This document shows, one piece after another, positions 61,027 to 62,810 of a DNA stretch of 62,810 nt. The stretch is from contig JASMHZ010000001.1 of the NCBI GenBank assembly GCA_030750465.1, forward strand, positions 47,203 through 110,012, in the 5' to 3' direction. This DNA comes from Candidatus Peribacteraceae bacterium. Its GTDB lineage: Bacteria > Patescibacteriota > Gracilibacteria > Peribacterales > Peribacteraceae. The notes under the pieces were generated by a model. It was not told the origin of the DNA. It did no database searches and saw nothing but the letters and a program-made list of their open reading frames with translations. Made by a program: the position numbers and the translations under genes. Numbering within the stretch: position 1 is the first letter of the stretch; every line of letters begins with the position of its first letter.

Positions 61027-62424
61027 CTAACCAAACAATTTCTCGGAGATAGTCATAAAAGAGAACACTCCAAAGAACACAAACGTCAAAGCCATCACAA
61101 CATTGCGCCATATGGCAGGGCGAAGGGCCTTGGAGAACATTTTGTTATTAAGGAGTATAAGAAGCCCCGAATATACAAACATCGCGAACGCATTCAACAC
61201 TGCACCAAGCACAATCAGCGTCAACGGCTGGTCAAATCCTATGCTAAAGACTGTGATTCCAAACAATATCTGAATCCAAAGAATCGTATAATAGACTTTG
61301 GAAACTTGAAATTCCTCTCCTCTGGTTAGCAAAAGGAAATTCTCCGTCATTATCCTGCTCGTGGAATCGAGCACAGTCAGTTGAGTTGCACAAAGCATGA
61401 TGCCTGTGACAATAAGAAATATAATTCCAAGCTGAGGGAATGTTTTCATACCGATTGTGCTGGCCTCGGTTATTACAAACATTATTCCCTCCGTATCTCC
61501 ACCCTGTCCGTACGATGTTACGTATGCAAGGAGCGCCAAAGTGAGCATTGTTATAAGCCCCAGACACCAAAAAACTATAAAGTGCTCTGCGTTTATTACT
61601 TTCCACCATTTTTTGTAATTAGCTAAGTTCTGTGGGGTTTCAGGAAATTTGTTTCCCGTTATTTTAAACTTCTGTTTCCCCTCTTTTCGGAACAATCCTG
61701 AAATTTTATCAGCATATTTGCCCATCCCGTATCCTTTATCGCGAATATAGCATGACTGAGCTAAATTCAGATTCCCTCCAGCGCCTGAATATGCAAGCGC
61801 TCCCAAAAAAGCTGCAATTGCAATGCCCATAGGCAGAAATGTGAAGCCTTCTCCTTGTCCAACAACTCCTTGAGCAAGTACTACGAAGTCGGATGCGTCA
61901 GCCAGATAAAAAGTTAGTAATAAAATGAACGGAACGCCTATACCAATTAAAACCATCTGCATTCTCTCGACGGTTTTGTATATCGTTTTGCCAAAAGTTA
62001 GTATTACACCAATGAGTAAAAAAATGACTATGCCGATGATCTGAACATTTTCAATATTAAACGCACTCCCAAGCAGAGTTGCACCTCCTAACCCGATACC
62101 CGGCCATCCAAATCCCAGAAATGTGGAGAGTATGAACCATGCTGGAAGAAGTTTCGCGAGTCTTGCGAAGCCTACAAATACACTTTCTCCGAAAGCCAGA
62201 GCATATCGCTCCACCTCCATATTAATAAAGAACTGCATCGTAAGGCCGATAACTATTGCCCATGCAATCCCCAGACCATAATTGCTAGCTAAATACGGCC
62301 AAAGAATTACTTCACCACTTCCAAGACCTAGGCCGAGGAGTATGAAGCTGGGACCTATGAGTTTCCTTAAAGGAAGCGGTTTGGGGAGATCTTGCTCTCC
62401 CAGTGGTAATTTAGTCATGTGCAC
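61027..62424 (-). CDS. Nramp-related divalent-metal transporter (non-canonical first motif)
   Basis: 465 aa with about 11 TM helices. GPSFILLGLGLGSGEVILWPYLASNYGLGIAW aligns with the Nramp TM1 region but has SGE where canonical MntH has DPGN. Confidence 0.7.
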   Translation of the reverse strand: MHMTKLPLGEQDLPKPLPLRKLIGPSFILLGLGLGSGEVILWPYLASNYGLGIAWAIVIGLTMQFFINMEVERYALAFGESVFVGFARLAKLLPAWFILSTFLGFGWPGIGLGGATLLGSAFNIENVQIIGIVIFLLIGVILTFGKTIYKTVERMQMVLIGIGVPFILLLTFYLADASDFVVLAQGVVGQGEGFTFLPMGIAIAAFLGALAYSGAGGNLNLAQSCYIRDKGYGMGKYADKISGLFRKEGKQKFKITGNKFPETPQNLANYKKWWKVINAEHFIVFWCLGLITMLTLALLAYVTSYGQGGDTEGIMFVITEASTIGMKTFPQLGIIFLIVTGIMLCATQLTVLDSTSRIMTENFLLLTRGEEFQVSKVYYTILWIQILFGITVFSIGFDQPLTLIVLGAVLNAFAMFVYSGLLILLNNKMFSKALRPAIWRNVVMALTFVFFGVFSFMTISEKLFG

Positions 62425-62484
62425 ATAGTATTACTTTCTCCTTTCTTTTGTCGATACAAAAGAAAGGAGACAAAGAAAAAATCA

Positions 62485-62652
62485 AGACAAACACAAACTC
62501 GCTCGAAAGCATTATTTGAGAAACAAAGGTGTGCAGAACGAATTGGATGCACTCGGAATTAGAGGCCTTTAGATGTAGAGCCTCATCCAATTCGTTCTTG
62601 CGTTAAGGAGTTAGTGATATGAAGCTTTCGAGCTCAAACATGTGTTTGTCTT
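62485..62652 (+). ncRNA. candidate structured sRNA with 6S-like architecture
   Basis: Closing stem AAGACAAACACA..CTCGAAAGC / GCTTTCGAG..TGTGTTTGTCTT, an internal bubble of about 22 x 22 nt, a 17-bp apical stem GCAGAACGAATTGGATG / CATCCAATTCGTTCTTGC, and a + strand terminator immediately downstream. Confidence 0.3.
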
Positions 62653-62678
62653 TCTAATTGTTATAAGAGTGGAGGGGT

Positions 62679-62738
62679 CGCCCGCCACGGGGGGTGTGAG
62701 GGGCAAGTGGGTGGGGATTGGCGGGCGTTGATTTTTTT
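62679..62738 (+). terminator. G-rich long-loop hairpin terminator (second copy)
   Basis: CGCCCGCC .. GGCGGGCG followed by TTGATTTTTTT. No + strand protein gene lies upstream of it. Confidence 0.5.
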
Positions 62739-62810
62739 ATTTCCCTCTTTATTTTTGTATCAAGACAAAAATAAAGAGGCTAGAAAATTATCTTTTTCCA
62801 TAAAACTCCC

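Noticed and set aside
1-62810. I searched by eye for reverse transcriptase/DGR, CRISPR-Cas, restriction-modification, toxin-antitoxin or other defence modules, and for rRNA genes.
   Set aside because: No ORF shows RT, Cas, methylase-endonuclease pair or classic TA signatures, and no rRNA-like sequence was seen. The only mobile-element enzyme is the RAYT at 36929.

Overview
This is a 62.8 kb AT-rich bacterial chromosome segment. It uses the standard genetic code: 700-900 aa ORFs are intact and TGA is used as a stop. The gene content looks like a reduced-genome, possibly CPR/Patescibacteria-like organism, but that is inference only.

Housekeeping genes:
- rRNA modification and recombination/repair: rsmI, rsmA, ruvA, lexA, rmuC, pcrA, comEC.
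- Translation and RNA turnover: rplJ-rplL, valS, rpsO, pnp, dtd, tRNA-Ala, tRNA-Cys.
- Secretion, folding and stress: secF, tig, relA/spoT, trxA.
- Metabolism and transport: pgi, nhaA, two tandem archaeal-type purP paralogues, a PfkB kinase, a K+ channel, yhhQ, an Nramp-like transporter.
- Many hypothetical, secreted or membrane proteins.

Observations most worth follow-up:
1. An array of three or four single-gene cassettes sits directly downstream of tRNA-Cys. Each cassette is closed by a copy of the tRNA 3'-terminal 12 nt, and three of the copies are fused to a near-consensus promoter with a leaderless ATG. No recombinase is nearby.
2. Two tandem leader-peptide attenuators carry a conserved KKxKK codon block. 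Each has 1:2/2:3/3:4 pairing potential and an intrinsic terminator. They lie upstream of an ACT-less aspartokinase-like gene.
3. A 24-codon leader ORF ends in tandem Trp codons and is followed by a terminator 12 nt before a lone fused trpE(G)/PhzE-like gene. That gene sits in a three-gene insertion that splits the canonical rpsO-pnp pair.
4. A gene is split into two overlapping frames. The overlap contains both an (AG)6 tract and a U UUU UUG slippery heptamer.
5. A RAYT-type HUH transposase lies between lexA and a dinB remnant. The surrounding genome is saturated with several families of REP-like or compound palindromic intergenic repeats, and their motifs also occur in frame inside genes.
6. 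There are candidate structured RNAs: a 6S-like 168-nt fold, a ~160-nt element present in two inverted copies, and an L10 leader attenuator.

No CRISPR array, rRNA gene, reverse transcriptase or recognisable defence island was seen.
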